Of a stretch of 58,709 bases of DNA, positions 27,054 through 39,855 are shown in pieces. Below the pieces are notes generated by a model that made no database searches, was not told where the DNA came from, and saw only the letters and a program-made list of their open reading frames with translations. Source of the stretch: Polymyxa betae A26-41 (lineage: Eukaryota > Protista > Endomyxa: Phytomyxea); NCBI GenBank assembly GCA_003693705.1, contig RBZT01000357.1:1-58709 (forward strand), given 5' to 3'. Each line of letters opens with the position of its first letter. Within the stretch, counting starts at the first letter, position 1. The position numbers and the translations under genes were made by a program.

Positions 27054-30000
27054 ATGTCTCAGATATCAATACCTGATCCTGAACAGCCATCAGCATCTAC
27101 AGATCTAATCCATGATCGTTCTGATAGTGGCATTATGCCTGAAGAGAAGATCCCCCCTTTCAATGAACTCAGTTCAAACAGTGAGAATCCTAATAAGGAT
27201 CTCGTCTCGAAAGTCAATCGGCTTTCTGATCCTGGATCGTCGTCCAAAATTGACGATGCACTACGTCTGGATTTCACATCAAATCTCGATGTGGAATTCA
27301 ATCTAGCCCGAAATGCTGATACCACGTTTATAGTAGAACCAGTCCCTGGAATCAATCCTGCTTTTGATGTGCCATCTGATGATAATGATCATGAACAAAT
27401 GATAGATGATGAAGATGATTATGAATCAGACATTGGAGAAGTAGATCCCAATGATCCTGTTATCGCGCGATTCCAGGAAGCATTATCACACCAACTTCAG
27501 GAGAGTCAAACTCGAATTAATTCAGAGTTAACTGAGAAAGATGAAGAAATACGCCGACTGAATAAGAAGCGAGAAGATATTGGTGTTGAACTTTATGGAT
27601 TACAGCAGCAATTAGCTCGAATGCAGATGCAATTAGAGAAGACACATGACAGATTTAATGTGTTTAATCGGCTCAGATCTAAAGCTGAACACGAAAAAGC
27701 CGACCTTCTTAAAGACTTAACGGATAAGGAAGCGATTCGAAACGAAACTGTTCAGAAAGCAGATCAGATTGGACGAGAACTGAATCAGGCTCATGAAACA
27801 GTAAGGTTGGTAATTTATTCGTTCAAAAACTTCTGGATAATCGAATCTTTACAGACAGTTAACAGAACACAATGAGAAATTGCAGAGCGATATTACTGTC
27901 ACAAGGAGAGCTGCCTATGCAGAAGAAGCAGAAATGGGCCGAATTGAGAAAGAGAAGAAGGCCCAGGATTACATGATCAATTCAATGAATACACAAATTC
28001 AGCAATTGCAAAATAAGATCAAGATCTTGAAGTTGCAAGTAAGCTCTCTAATCATGTAATGGTTCAATCAAATCTTAATAAGTGAACACAGTTGGAAGCA
28101 CAAAAGCAGCAGAGTGCCACTGCTAAAGAGACCATCCGGTTAGGACTATCAGAAATCGAGCAGATCCGACTCGACAAAATTGATTATATCTCGAAGTATG
28201 GATTGCCCAATCCTCTCCAGCATTGCTTATCGGAACTAATATTGTGAAGATGGAAATCCTCTTTGGTTGCAATCTCTCGACGAGATGACGCTCTGGAAAA
28301 ATGTCAGACGGAACGAATTAAACTTGAAGTATGAATTAACCCCGAAACAACTGCAAGTTTACTTATTGAAATAATACAGACTGAAATCGAAAGTTTAAAA
28401 GCTGCACACGCCGGCCTGTGTAAATCTGTTCGTGATGAACAAGAAGCCAGCGAGAAATTAACCCACATTTTATCAAAAGTACAAACTGATGTGAAATTTA
28501 TTGAGGCACAGGTATTGTCGAATTCTTTCTTTCCAGCATCTTGTAAGAATATTGAAATTTAGATTGAACGGATCGAGAATATGAGGGCGGGTATTAGCTC
28601 AGATAGCGATCTGTTGAAGAAACAATTTGATGCAGCTAATACTGAGCTACAACACGGTATTTAATACAATTGTTGATATCGATAGAATCTGACGACCTGG
28701 AATTTAGTACAATCGCAACGAAAGCAGCTGGAAGTCGAGATTCGTCGAATCGAGAAAGCGGTGTCACAATCGATTGCAGCTCGGAATGACATCGAAGATC
28801 AAATTTTCGAGCATATCTCCAATCAGACGACCATCTCACAGGCTACCCAGAATATTATAAAAAGTAGTGCCAAAATTCGTAAGCAGATTGAAGAAAAGGT
28901 TGAATCTATTTGTGATAAATTAATCCCCATCACTGAATGCCTTTTGTTTAATAGGAGAAGAAAATTGGAAGCACTCAAAACGAAATTGTCAGAATCAAAA
29001 TCGATATATTGAATACAACAGCACATAATCGAGATCTTCAGAAAAATTTGGCCGAAATTGAAAAAGAGGTCTAATCTGAATCCGCTTCCATTAAAAGTCA
29101 TACTAATGATTTCGTTGTATAGTTATCAGCTCGTGATGCTTTGGTCAAGCGGTACGATGCTGAGATCGGCGCTCGTCATGACCAAATCCAGAAAAAGCAG
29201 ATCTCGATAGACGCTCTGAACCGGAAATATGAAGCACTGACTAAGAATTCGGTTGAAGATAATGGGGACGGTTCCTTAGAAGCTAAAATCGAGCATTTGG
29301 AGAAACATTTAAAGGTGACTTTTGGTTACTGTGAAATGACAACTGAGGCTGAGATCAATTTAGGATACAAGATCGAATTCTGTTGCTTTACAACGAAAAT
29401 GGATAGGAGCTCAAACTCAGTTGATTGAAGTCGAAGCTCAAGTTGCATCTGAGATCAATAAAGTAACTGAAATGCAAGCTCGCCATACCATTCTAGATCA
29501 GAAGCAAAAGCGAATTGAAAGACAGATCGTCCATGTTGAAAGTAAGACATCGCGGCTCTGCATTCAGATTGTTTCTCTAAATGTCGCTTAAGCTGAAATC
29601 AGTGAGCTCAAGCGAGCTCTCTCAACAATTCATTCCGAAATCTCACGACTAAATATCATGTTGGCTGACCATAAAAATAGAGAAGCCATATTGCAATCTG
29701 AAAGTTATGCACGAGAGCATGAATCTACTGAAAGAGAAGGCGAGATCGAAACAATCAAGCAACAAGGTATGATAACATTATCATACCGGTAACCAAAGTA
29801 CAATAATGTTAACAATATGGTTTAGGAGCTGAGAAATTAGTTGCACTAAGAAATGCCAAAGCGGCATTGCTTGCAGAGCTTGGTGAGCTAACAGAACAGG
29901 TGCTGATGTGGGAGCGAAAGATCGATTTGGAGAAGCATACGCAGAAGGCGATTGATCCGCAATTTGGTCAAGCTGAAGTAAGTAATTATTATTAGTATAT

Positions 30001-30780
30001 ATTTACTCATCATGGTATTAATTGGAAATACAATATCAGATGGAAATGATTCGCAAGGAGGTGCATCGAATGCAGTTACGTCTCGAAGCCGTTAAGAGAA
30101 AGCAACAAAAGATTCTAGATGATGGAATACGGGCTATACATCGACGGAGCGATATCCAGGTATGCTATTATCAAGCATCTGCTGCTGTGTCGTTCTCATT
30201 TAAACAATAAAGAATCGGCAATTGGGGGCGAAAAAGTCAGCCATGACCCAGTCATCGCTTCGTAAGCAAATTGCTACTTTGAGAAATGACATCAAGTGCA
30301 AGACAGAAGAAGCTCGCCAGGTATTGGACGTAACTAACAGATACATGATATGTGAATCACTGTTGTAGATCGATCAAAAGATTAAGATGCAGGAAGCGGA
30401 ATCTGCCAAGCTGATCTCCATGTGCGAGCTTCTACATACTCAATTCGAGGAGCTTGATGAGACCAAGCTTTCCATCAGTAATAAGATTAGATTAGCCGAA
30501 TTTCAGAAGCAGCTGGCAGTAGAGATGTTATCCATCTATACAGAGGCTAAAGCAAGACTATCTAATCCCAATACCAGGTAAAACCATTGGTTGCCACTTG
30601 ATCACTAGACTAATCGAATGATGCATTAGAATTCCGGATGCTTCTGAATCCAGACTAACTGAACAAACTGAACGTCTTGAGAAGATCAAATCTCAGCTAC
30701 GTAGTCTAAAATCAGCGCAGTTCGAGCTTGAGCCGTATTTCGATACCATTTTAACCCATGCTACATCTGTATAAACTTAG
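27054..30780 (+). CDS. CCDC40: Coiled-coil domain-containing protein 40 (axonemal ruler, FAP172-like), multi-exon
   Basis: Long coiled coil with REDIGVELYGLQQQLARMQ and WERKIDLEK...IDPQFGQAE...KEVHRMQLR signatures; acidic N-terminus. Confidence 0.85.
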
Positions 30781-31041
30781 TTTGACATCGCCAAAAAATA
30801 CATTAGGATAGGGAGGATAGATTTGAACAGCGTACGCCGTACATTCGATCGACTGAATGAGCTCTCATTATAACAAGGCTGTTGTTAAAGAAATTTGTGC
30901 TGTTGTTAGACATTTCAGACTTGTTGCAGTTTCACGGACAAATATTTGTGGTACATGCACTCGGCCATTCATTTATATCAGAATACACAAACTTGATCTT
31001 GTCAGGTTCTCTCTATCCAGCTATCTCTGTAGTTTTTTATC

Positions 31042-32639
31042 ATGGGAAAGGATTATTATTCCATATTGGGTGTGTCTAAAGATGCATCCGATGATGATAT
31101 CAAGAAGGTTCTCGCATCCGATCCTGACCTGTTCCGGATCTGAAGTGTCGTTTTAGGCATATCGAAAGATGGCCATGAAGTGGCATCCAGATAGTCAGTA
31201 CCTATTATCTGCTTGCTCTGTCTCTAACTTATTTGTTTGCAGAAAATTCTGAGAATCCTGAATTGGTATTGGTTTTGAATTACGTTCGGGGTCGTTTTGC
31301 TCTACTCCCATCATGATTCGGTTTGACTGATGAATCTAACAAGGGCTGTGCTTAGGCCAAGCAAAAGTTTCAAGAAGTCGCTGAAGCTTTCGAAGTGCTC
31401 AGTGATAAAGACAAGCGAGCAGTCTTCGACCGATACGGTGAAGAAGGGCTGAAACAGGTTATTCATGCTACGTTTGGCATTGAATGCTCTAAAGTTAGCT
31501 GTAGGGCATTCCTGATGGTACAGGTCATCGAGCTGGTGGTGGATACTCATTCCGAGGTATCACGTCCTCCATCAATATTATGCTTCCGTTCTCTGAATAT
31601 CGCTAGGCGATCCTGAGGATATTTTCCAACAAATCTTCGGCGGCTTTGGAGGTGGCGGAGGCTTTGAGGACCTATTCATGGGCGGTGGCATGGGTGGCAC
31701 TCCATTCGGTCATATGGGAGGTGCTCAGCGGTATCTCAACAACCTTTCTATCACCCAATTGCTGATCGCATCCCAGACGTTCCGGTGGTATGCCTGGTTT
31801 CATGTTTGGTACCGGAGGGCCAGCACGACCCCAAAAACCGGAGCCCCACGTTACTACCGTAATGGATCAGGGCTTGGTATTTGACTTGTCTTGTGAACTG
31901 TGCTAGGTGCCTGTATCTCTTGAAGATTTATATAATGGGTTTAAAAAGAAGCTAGCTGTGACCCGAAAGCGACCCGGACATGATGGCAGGTCCGTCAGGG
32001 AAGAGAAGACAGTTCTGGTTATTGATGGACAGCGTGGCTGGAAATCGGGAACCAAAGTCACTTTTGAGGTATTACACATGATCTAATCGGATTTCTAAGA
32101 AGATTGAAAGGTTTTTTTTCTCAGAACGAGGGAGATCAGTATCCAGGTGGTCTAGCTGGTGATCTCATTTTTGTTATCCAAGAAAAACCACATCCTTACT
32201 TTAAGAGAGAAGGTGAAATATCGTATTGTGCTATTGTTGAGGTCGAGTTCTTAAGTTTGCATAAGGCAATAATCTTGTTTATAAGGCCTCGATATCGTTG
32301 CGAGGTGCTTTATGTGGAGCATTCATCGAAATCCGGACTCTTGATAATCGAACGATTAAAGTTAGTTCGTGTAACTGTTCAGTATGTCATGATATCTAAT
32401 CTGGCTTGATGCTAGTATAGGACTGAGGGAATAATTAGCCCGAGTTCGGTCAAATACCTCAAAGGTGAAGGCATGCCGATATCTCGTTCGTCCGATCAAG
32501 GTGATTTGAAGGTACTTACAGTAATCTGTTACACGATTTGCCTTTTCTAACAATCAAGAAGATCGAATTCGATATTAGATTCCCTCGAGATCTGAGCGAA
32601 AATGTGAAAGCAGAATTACGAAATTTACTTCCTGAATAA
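31042..32639 (+). CDS. Class B J-domain protein (DNAJB/Sis1-like Hsp40), multi-exon including a 23-nt micro-exon
   Basis: [31 protein letters not shown]...[12 protein letters not shown]-rich region, [17 protein letters not shown] and GEGMP; no Zn-finger repeats. Confidence 0.95.
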
Positions 32640-33002
32640 AATCGAAACCTTGCAGATAGCGGTACCATAGTAGTTCCATGACTAGGCGGCGTCTGCTTGC
32701 TGCTCTTAGTTCTTGTGAAGTAATTTAGTGCTTTCTATTGCATGCTAGCGGCTGTCAACAAAAATGGATCGCTAAGCAAACTCTTTAATGCCCAATGTAA
32801 TGTTTCGCTCTAAGTTGTTCTTAGCGCCCATATTCCTGTTTCTTTGAGATTGTTGGATCTGGAACGAATGCGTTTTAATGATTGATTTCCAGGGCGGTAA
32901 GTAAGTAAAGCGAATATTGGTTTTTGTAGGGATTATTTAATGCGCGAAACTTGTAGATCAGTGTGTTGTCTATTAGGGCGGCAGATTAGACCTATTGACA
33001 TC

Positions 33003-36000
33003 ATGGCTGATGACAATCATATAACTTCTGCTTCAATACATCCAAGGTTAACACCACCTGATATCGTAAGTACACCTTCTTATCTGCACCTCTCTCCATA
33101 TCTCTTACTCATCTCAAACAGCTTCAACAATTGCAGTCGATTCGCCAGCATCTGATAGATGCAGGGGCTTTAGATCCAGCCTCGTATAGTGCTGGACAGC
33201 TGGGCAGCTTACTATTTCGTATTGAAGATCTACAGTCCAGCCATACTGTTAAAATTCCTTGGGACCTATTGAATGATTTTTCTATCGGAGGTCCAGCTCA
33301 TGTCATACTTAGCACTATTCTCTCATATGCTAAAGTAAGCATAGATATGCAGAATATTTTAGATAGTTCATATTGTTGTAGAAGCAGAACTGGACCGAGC
33401 TGGGTATAAATGATATCACATTCTCAGATCTATTACATGAATTACTACATGTCACTGAATCTCTGAGGTCATTTCCACGAATTTACATCTCACCGACCGT
33501 TTCCGTTAAATCATCCACGAATTTTGAAGAAATCGTGCAGAAATTACGAGGCCAAATTGTGGAATTTTCTCAGGCGTCTCACGTAATTGTCAGGATTTTG
33601 CTATGGTATATGACAATAACGTTGTATTACAGATTGTCGATACAGGTCATACTGCGATGAAGACAACCGTCAGGAATCGGATTGTTCAGAAATCTGCTAC
33701 ACACGCGTTAATTCATCAATGCAAACATCCAAGAAGTCGTCGACGTTGGGTACCGTTAAAAGACATTCCTACTGATGCATTTGATGACTCGAACATTCAA
33801 ATTTCAAAACTCGGTTCTGAACCCATTCGAATTGTACGGAAATATCTCAAAAAATTGAAGAGTTCTACTAATGTTTGTCTGAAAGTCGTTGGAATGGATT
33901 CTTTTATCTGGTGAATTTAACGAGTGGCTCGATGAGAACGATTTTGTTCTCTCTGATGAAGACCCATCAGTTATTAAATTGACCAGAAAAAACGGAACAT
34001 TTACTATTCAGGGTGTATCAGGTATATGTCGTTATTACATATAGGCAACATCTAACATAAGTTAAGGGCCGATCGCAAAAGCTTCACCTGATGGTATCAG
34101 ATTGAACCAGATCTAAATCGCTGTTATTTGACATCAAGATTCAGGAAATTCCTCACAGCCTTCAAAAAAGCGACGATCATCTACAACGGCATCTGATAAA
34201 CCGGCGCAGTCAGTGAAGAAATTTCGCGTCACATCGCCACAGGTGCGATTTGATTGAATATCGTATGATGTTATATTAGCTGATATGAATATCCAGATCT
34301 CACCTACACAAGGGAGTGATAAACATCATTTTTCTCTCGACGAAGAATCATCCATGCATGTGGTGCCACTGATTTCACATCGCCGAAAGACCGAATCGGT
34401 ATCAAATTTTTATCGTTTTCTGTTCTATATACCTTATCCATGATTACACAGATTGAAGATTCACTGCCTTATAAGGACGCCTTCATGGTCCCTGTGCAAC
34501 CTATTCAATCGGATTCGGATGTCCAGTTCCCTGTCATCATACCATGCTATTCAACCTGGTTTTCTTTCGACTCTGTTCATGCTAATGAGAGGAAGTCCCT
34601 TCATGAATTATTCAGTTCTGGTGAAGGCTCAGAATTGCTTTATATGGTGATATCACTTAAAATTTAAAATTGTTTTCTGAATCTCACCTGATAGCAACAA
34701 CGCAATTTCATTGTTCATGCATATAGAGCAAATCCAAGAGTACATTTAACTGCTACTGCATGTCGTAAAATGATTGCTGTACGACATGCAAGCCAATTGT
34801 TGTTGTTTCTAAGAGTTGTTAGGGAGATGCGGTGTCTCTAATTCGTATTCACAATTTTTTGGAGCAGTGGGGCTTAATCAATTATCATGTCGATCCCGGT
34901 ACATTACCAGAATATTCGGTGACTCATTCATATTGTAAAAAATGTTTATGTGATATTCAACAATATTAGGGTCCTGGTAATCCAGCTTTCAATTCCTCGC
35001 AAGTTTATGTACATTCGCCATGGGCTGGTGTTCAAAAACTTGACGGTATACTGGCACCTTTTTCTGGATTGTACCTGAATTATATTTTTAGAGTTTCATC
35101 AAAATGGGGTTTTGTCCGAATGGAGTGAAGAGGAAAACGAAATGTTACTGGTAGCTGTCGTTGAGCATGGCGAAAACTGGGAAACCATTGCGAAAGTAAC
35201 TTCTTTTTCTTAGTAGGACCAGATGGCTAATGTGATCTCTACGCAGACTGTTGGGAATAACAGGACAGCGGCTGAATGTATTGAACAATTCATACAGATT
35301 CCTCTGGACAGGCGAAGAACCAAAAATGCTCGGGATTTGGTCAAAGTTGACGATGCTGTCGAGGAACCGCGATCCGAATTGTTGCTGCCGTTCCAAGAGA
35401 GCGCTCATCCAATCTTATTACAAGTTGCTTTCTTGGCCTCTATATCACAGCCAGATGCTGTCGTATCTGCTTTAGATGCTGTTAATACGAAATTAACTGC
35501 CGATAACTCCATGGTCACTGACGAGCCGTTATCCGAAGCGGATCTGCACGTTGGTCTTGAAGTTCGCGTAGATCCGTTCGGTAAAGGCGAAATCGCTCAA
35601 CCAATCAGGTAGGGTTTCTACTGTATTTCCAGTATAATGATAACACTGTATTAGAGCTGATGGTATGATCTGTGTACGATTACCTTTTGGGTATCTGTAT
35701 ACACCTGTAGATAATGTCATGCCTCTGGTAAAGCGTTATAGTCTCACAAATTCTTAACTGCTTACCTGTCCTTCAGCACGACGATATTCGCGTTCCGACA
35801 TCGACAAAGGGTCAGGTGCTGAACGAGTTGGCCCAGTCTTGCATGATCTCGGCGGCGCTCCGTTCAAAGGACGTTTCTACGGCAGAATCCAGATCGATTC
35901 TGGCTTTGGTTGGCGAGCTTGTTGAGACGCAGATGAAGAAGATTGAGATCAAATTAAAGCAATTTGATGAGGTTCAGGTCGTCCTCTCTAGGTTCCTCCT

Positions 36001-36200
36001 CTTGTCCTGCTTTTGGTGTGTGTGTGATTTAAGTTGATTTCAGGCAACGAGAATTGATTGAACAGGCGCGTCAAGAAGTGTTTGCAGAGAGGATCGAGCT
36101 TGCTCATGCCCGTATGAAGCTGGCTCATTCACAAACGGTAACGACGGTTTCGACCCCGAATCAAGTCGAGTCATCAGCTGTCTCCCCGAACAATAATTAG
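33003..36200 (+). CDS. SWI/SNF subunit SMARCC/SWI3-like (N-terminal MarR-like/BRCT/chromo module, SWIRM, SANT, C-terminal coiled coil)
   Basis: SWIRM: IIPCYSTWF...RNFIV...TATACR...[18 protein letters not shown]: [10 protein letters not shown]...WETIA...[10 protein letters not shown]. Also [19 protein letters not shown] and [15 protein letters not shown]. Confidence 0.92.
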
Positions 36201-36527
36201 ATCATACAATATATTAAATGTATTTTTTCAGAGAGGTTTAACAATGTCACTTACACGAAATCGATTTGATGGTTGAAAGCTCATTTGCTAAACACGTGGA
36301 CAAGAATGGGAAAGAAACCTGGAGTATACGGTTATTGACTTAATTCCGATCATGATATTCTGTATTTCCATATACTATTTGTGCATTCACTGAATAATTT
36401 GTTATGAAAACAGAATGGTCTGTATCTGGATGAGTACAATCTCAGAGGCTGCGCTTTGTTACGTTAATTGCTGCCCCATTACTTATTATCTGTCCATTAC
36501 CTGTGTGGTACTAGACGATTTATATTC

Positions 36528-38319
36528 ATGGAGACTGGTCTAGATCATGATGATCCAGAGCTATCTCCCTTAGCTAGGCGTCGTCGAGGATCAGATAAGT
36601 CAGATGTATCTGAAATTAACTTGCTGGCTTCGGACCTAGACGAGGACGAATATCTACCTCCGAAATCTGAACAGTTTCTGTCTCCTGTCACTGTCCTTAC
36701 TCAGAAGCAGCTATTTGCTTTATCTGCTTACTGGTTCGGTTGGGCAATGCTCTGGATGCCGCTTCTGGTTGTTATTATACCAAAACAAGTCATTGATATA
36801 GCAGGGCCTGAGAGCAAAGGCAAGATTTGTCTGTTGCTTCAATAAGATCAGTTCTGATGAATTTTTTCTGTTAGGATCGAATATGAGCTCAATTCTAATG
36901 TTGGGCTCAATTATCTCAATCATCTGTTTACCATTATTCGGTACAATATCTGATAGAAGTCAACATGTACTTGTACGAGGCATACCTTGGAGAATCGTTT
37001 CTGGTTATAAATCTAGTTATAGGGAAGACGTCGTCCTTATATGGTTATGGGATTAGTAATTGCTTCCATTTCTCTTGTATTTATGGCTCTTGATCCTCCA
37101 ATGCCTATTTATACGAGCGTCTTTCTTTGTCTTTCTGTAGCTAATAATATGATTGTGGCTCCATACAGCGCTTTAGTTCCCGATATTGTTCCTGCTGCTC
37201 AGCGAGGTCTATTGCATCAATCAAGTGCGATTTAGTCGATCATTGGTCATTTAGGTGTAGCATCGAGCTGGTTGGGCGGAATGGCAATGCTTGGCTATCT
37301 AACCGGGGGATTTGTCACATTCTTCTTATCTAAATTGGGCACATTTCTCACATTAACTCTTTTAAATTTATCCCATGCTGTTACAATGTATTATACTGTT
37401 CGTTATACACCAGAACTTCCATATAAACCTGCATCAATTACAGCTTCCAGGCATGGATTCTTTAGTGCCCTTTTCTCTATCATCAGGCCTCTTTATCGAC
37501 ATGACTTCCTATTTCTCTTTATTAGCCGATTCCTGACGCAATGTACAAGATTCTATGTTTTTATACCTGTTACTTCTTTCTTACACTGCTCCTTATTTCA
37601 ACTTTATTATTCCAGTATTATCATAACTAACCAATAGTTTTAGTGGGTATAGCAACCGTGCAAGAATTTCTTGCATTCTTTGTAAAAGATGCCATCTCTC
37701 AACCATATGAATTCAATGGAAAGGAGCTAGCTACGTCTTCTTCTGAAGCTGTATCAATTCTATTCTTTCCCATGTTGGTTGGAGCGTTATCATCTTCATG
37801 CCTATCTGGTGTTCTTTCGGATCTTATGGGAGGACGACGAAAGATCATCGTTTATCTATCGGGATTTCTGATGGCCTTAGCCTGTTTGGCATTGACGATA
37901 TCACGATCATATACAGCTGCTATATTGATCAGTGCTATATTTGGTTTTGGTTATGGCGCCTTTACTGCTGTAGATTGGGCACTTGTCACTGGTCAGGAGA
38001 ATCAATGCAGTCCTGCCAAATTAACTAAATTGACTTTCGTACAGACCTTTTGGAGGACAAGAAAGAATATGCAAAAGATATGGCGGTCTGGGGTATAGCT
38101 TTAGTACTTCCGAATTTGGTTATGCCTATCGTAAGTTGTTTGTTTATTCACTTCATTAATCGATATTAATGTGATTGCGTTCAGGTTGGAAGGTTGCTTG
38201 ATAATCTACAAGATGCTGTTCCGAATTCAAATATTGGCTATTCGATGGTGTTCCTGATAGCAGCTGCAGAATTCACTTTGGGAAGCATGTTTGTTAAATA
38301 TATCCATAAAATCAAATAG
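36528..38319 (+). CDS. MFS transporter (GPH/SLC45-like sugar-cation symporter fold), multi-exon
   Basis: Multiple hydrophobic helices; GTISDRS...GRRRPY loop motif, PYSALVPD...QRG, SGVLSDLMGGRRK and VDWAL. Substrate not determinable. Confidence 0.85.
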
Positions 38320-38522
38320 CTTCCAATATCTCTGCTAGCTTGAAGTTTATCTGTTTTGACCCGTTTAGCAACCTGGTTTGATCTTGATTTGAATTCAAGT
38401 TCATCATTGCATTCATTTCTAACACTTGATATGTCGAATTTCTGGTTATTAATTACTGTATGAAATGGGATGAAGAAATACAGCTTGATGCGCTGACGAA
38501 TTTAGTTTCATGATCCTGTTAA

Positions 38523-39826
38523 ATGTCTGCCTTAAGTGAAGTGGAAGATAAATCATATCCTGACCCATTTGATCTTCAGGGTGATAGAGGATATCTATTT
38601 CCCATGATTTCCTTAAATCATACATTGTCAGATTGGATTGATGATCATTATGATATCCTGAAACCCCCTATCTGTAATACGCTTATCTTTGGTAGCAATA
38701 CAGAGGCAGGCCAACCAATTTCTATCAAACAGATCAATAATAAGCTTGTAGTTACAAATTATGGTTGTACGAGGGCCAAATCGTCGAACTGATTTCCATA
38801 TTGAAGCTGGTGAAGGTATATCTACAGTTTGTTAAATATTCTCTCCAAAGCAATGGTTGGTAGAGTTGTTCTATCAATTAAAAGGAGATATGATCCTGCA
38901 GGTAATCACGAATGACAGATTTCAGTCTATTGTGATTCATCAGGGGCAAGTATTTCTACTGCCTTCTCATATACCTCATTCACCACAACGAACCGAACAC
39001 TCTATAGGTACCGATTCACTCATAAATGGTTGTATATTGTCATGATCTAGGGATTGTGGTTGAACGTCAACGTGCTCCTGATGAACTAGATCGATTACAA
39101 TGGTATTGTGATAGTTGCAATATTGTCGTACATGAAGAGCGGTTTCATTGTAAAAGTTTAGATTCACAATTGAGTTCGATCATGAACAAGTATTCTGGCT
39201 CTCTTCTTACAAACAATACAATCACTGACTTTTTCTCTATAGAGTTGAAACCAACCAAAATTTCACTCGATGCCCACAATGCGATAGATGTATTTTTATA
39301 CCACGACAAACTAAAATGGAAGTGAATGGGGAGATCTTTTGGCCATATCGTTATATACATCCATTGCCGTTCGATTTAAATCAACGCATTTCTGAATTAG
39401 AATCTCAAGAGAAACCGGGTAGATACAGACTGTTCAGCGATTTCACACATGTCTGATTGTCATCGTTCATTTGCACTAAACCAATTAAATCCGCTTCAGT
39501 TCCAAGTTGAGGCCATTTTTGGAGAGTTGTCAGAAAGACGCCTAAACTCGCATGAAGGTGAATCAGATCTGACAATGCAACTCGGTGATTTATAATCTGT
39601 TTAACTACAGTCTGGTTCTTGCAATTGTCTTCTCGAGTGCAATTAACATTTCATACTACTGAGATTATAATTGAACAAGGTCAGACATATCTCCTGCAGC
39701 CCAATCAAGTCTATGAAGAACGCCGTCCAGCAGATTCAATCGGTAATTGCTCCTATTATTCAGATATCTTCTACGCTCTTGGTTCATTATATTTTTGAAG
39801 GGATCACAATCATGAGTACGTTATGA
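38523..39826 (+). CDS. HAAO: 3-hydroxyanthranilate 3,4-dioxygenase (kynurenine NAD pathway), multi-exon
   Basis: [56 protein letters not shown], RCPQC, then a second cupin-like domain (PFDL...EVWFLQL). Confidence 0.94.
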
Positions 39827-39855
39827 ACGAAGAATCGTTTAGATAATATTAAACA

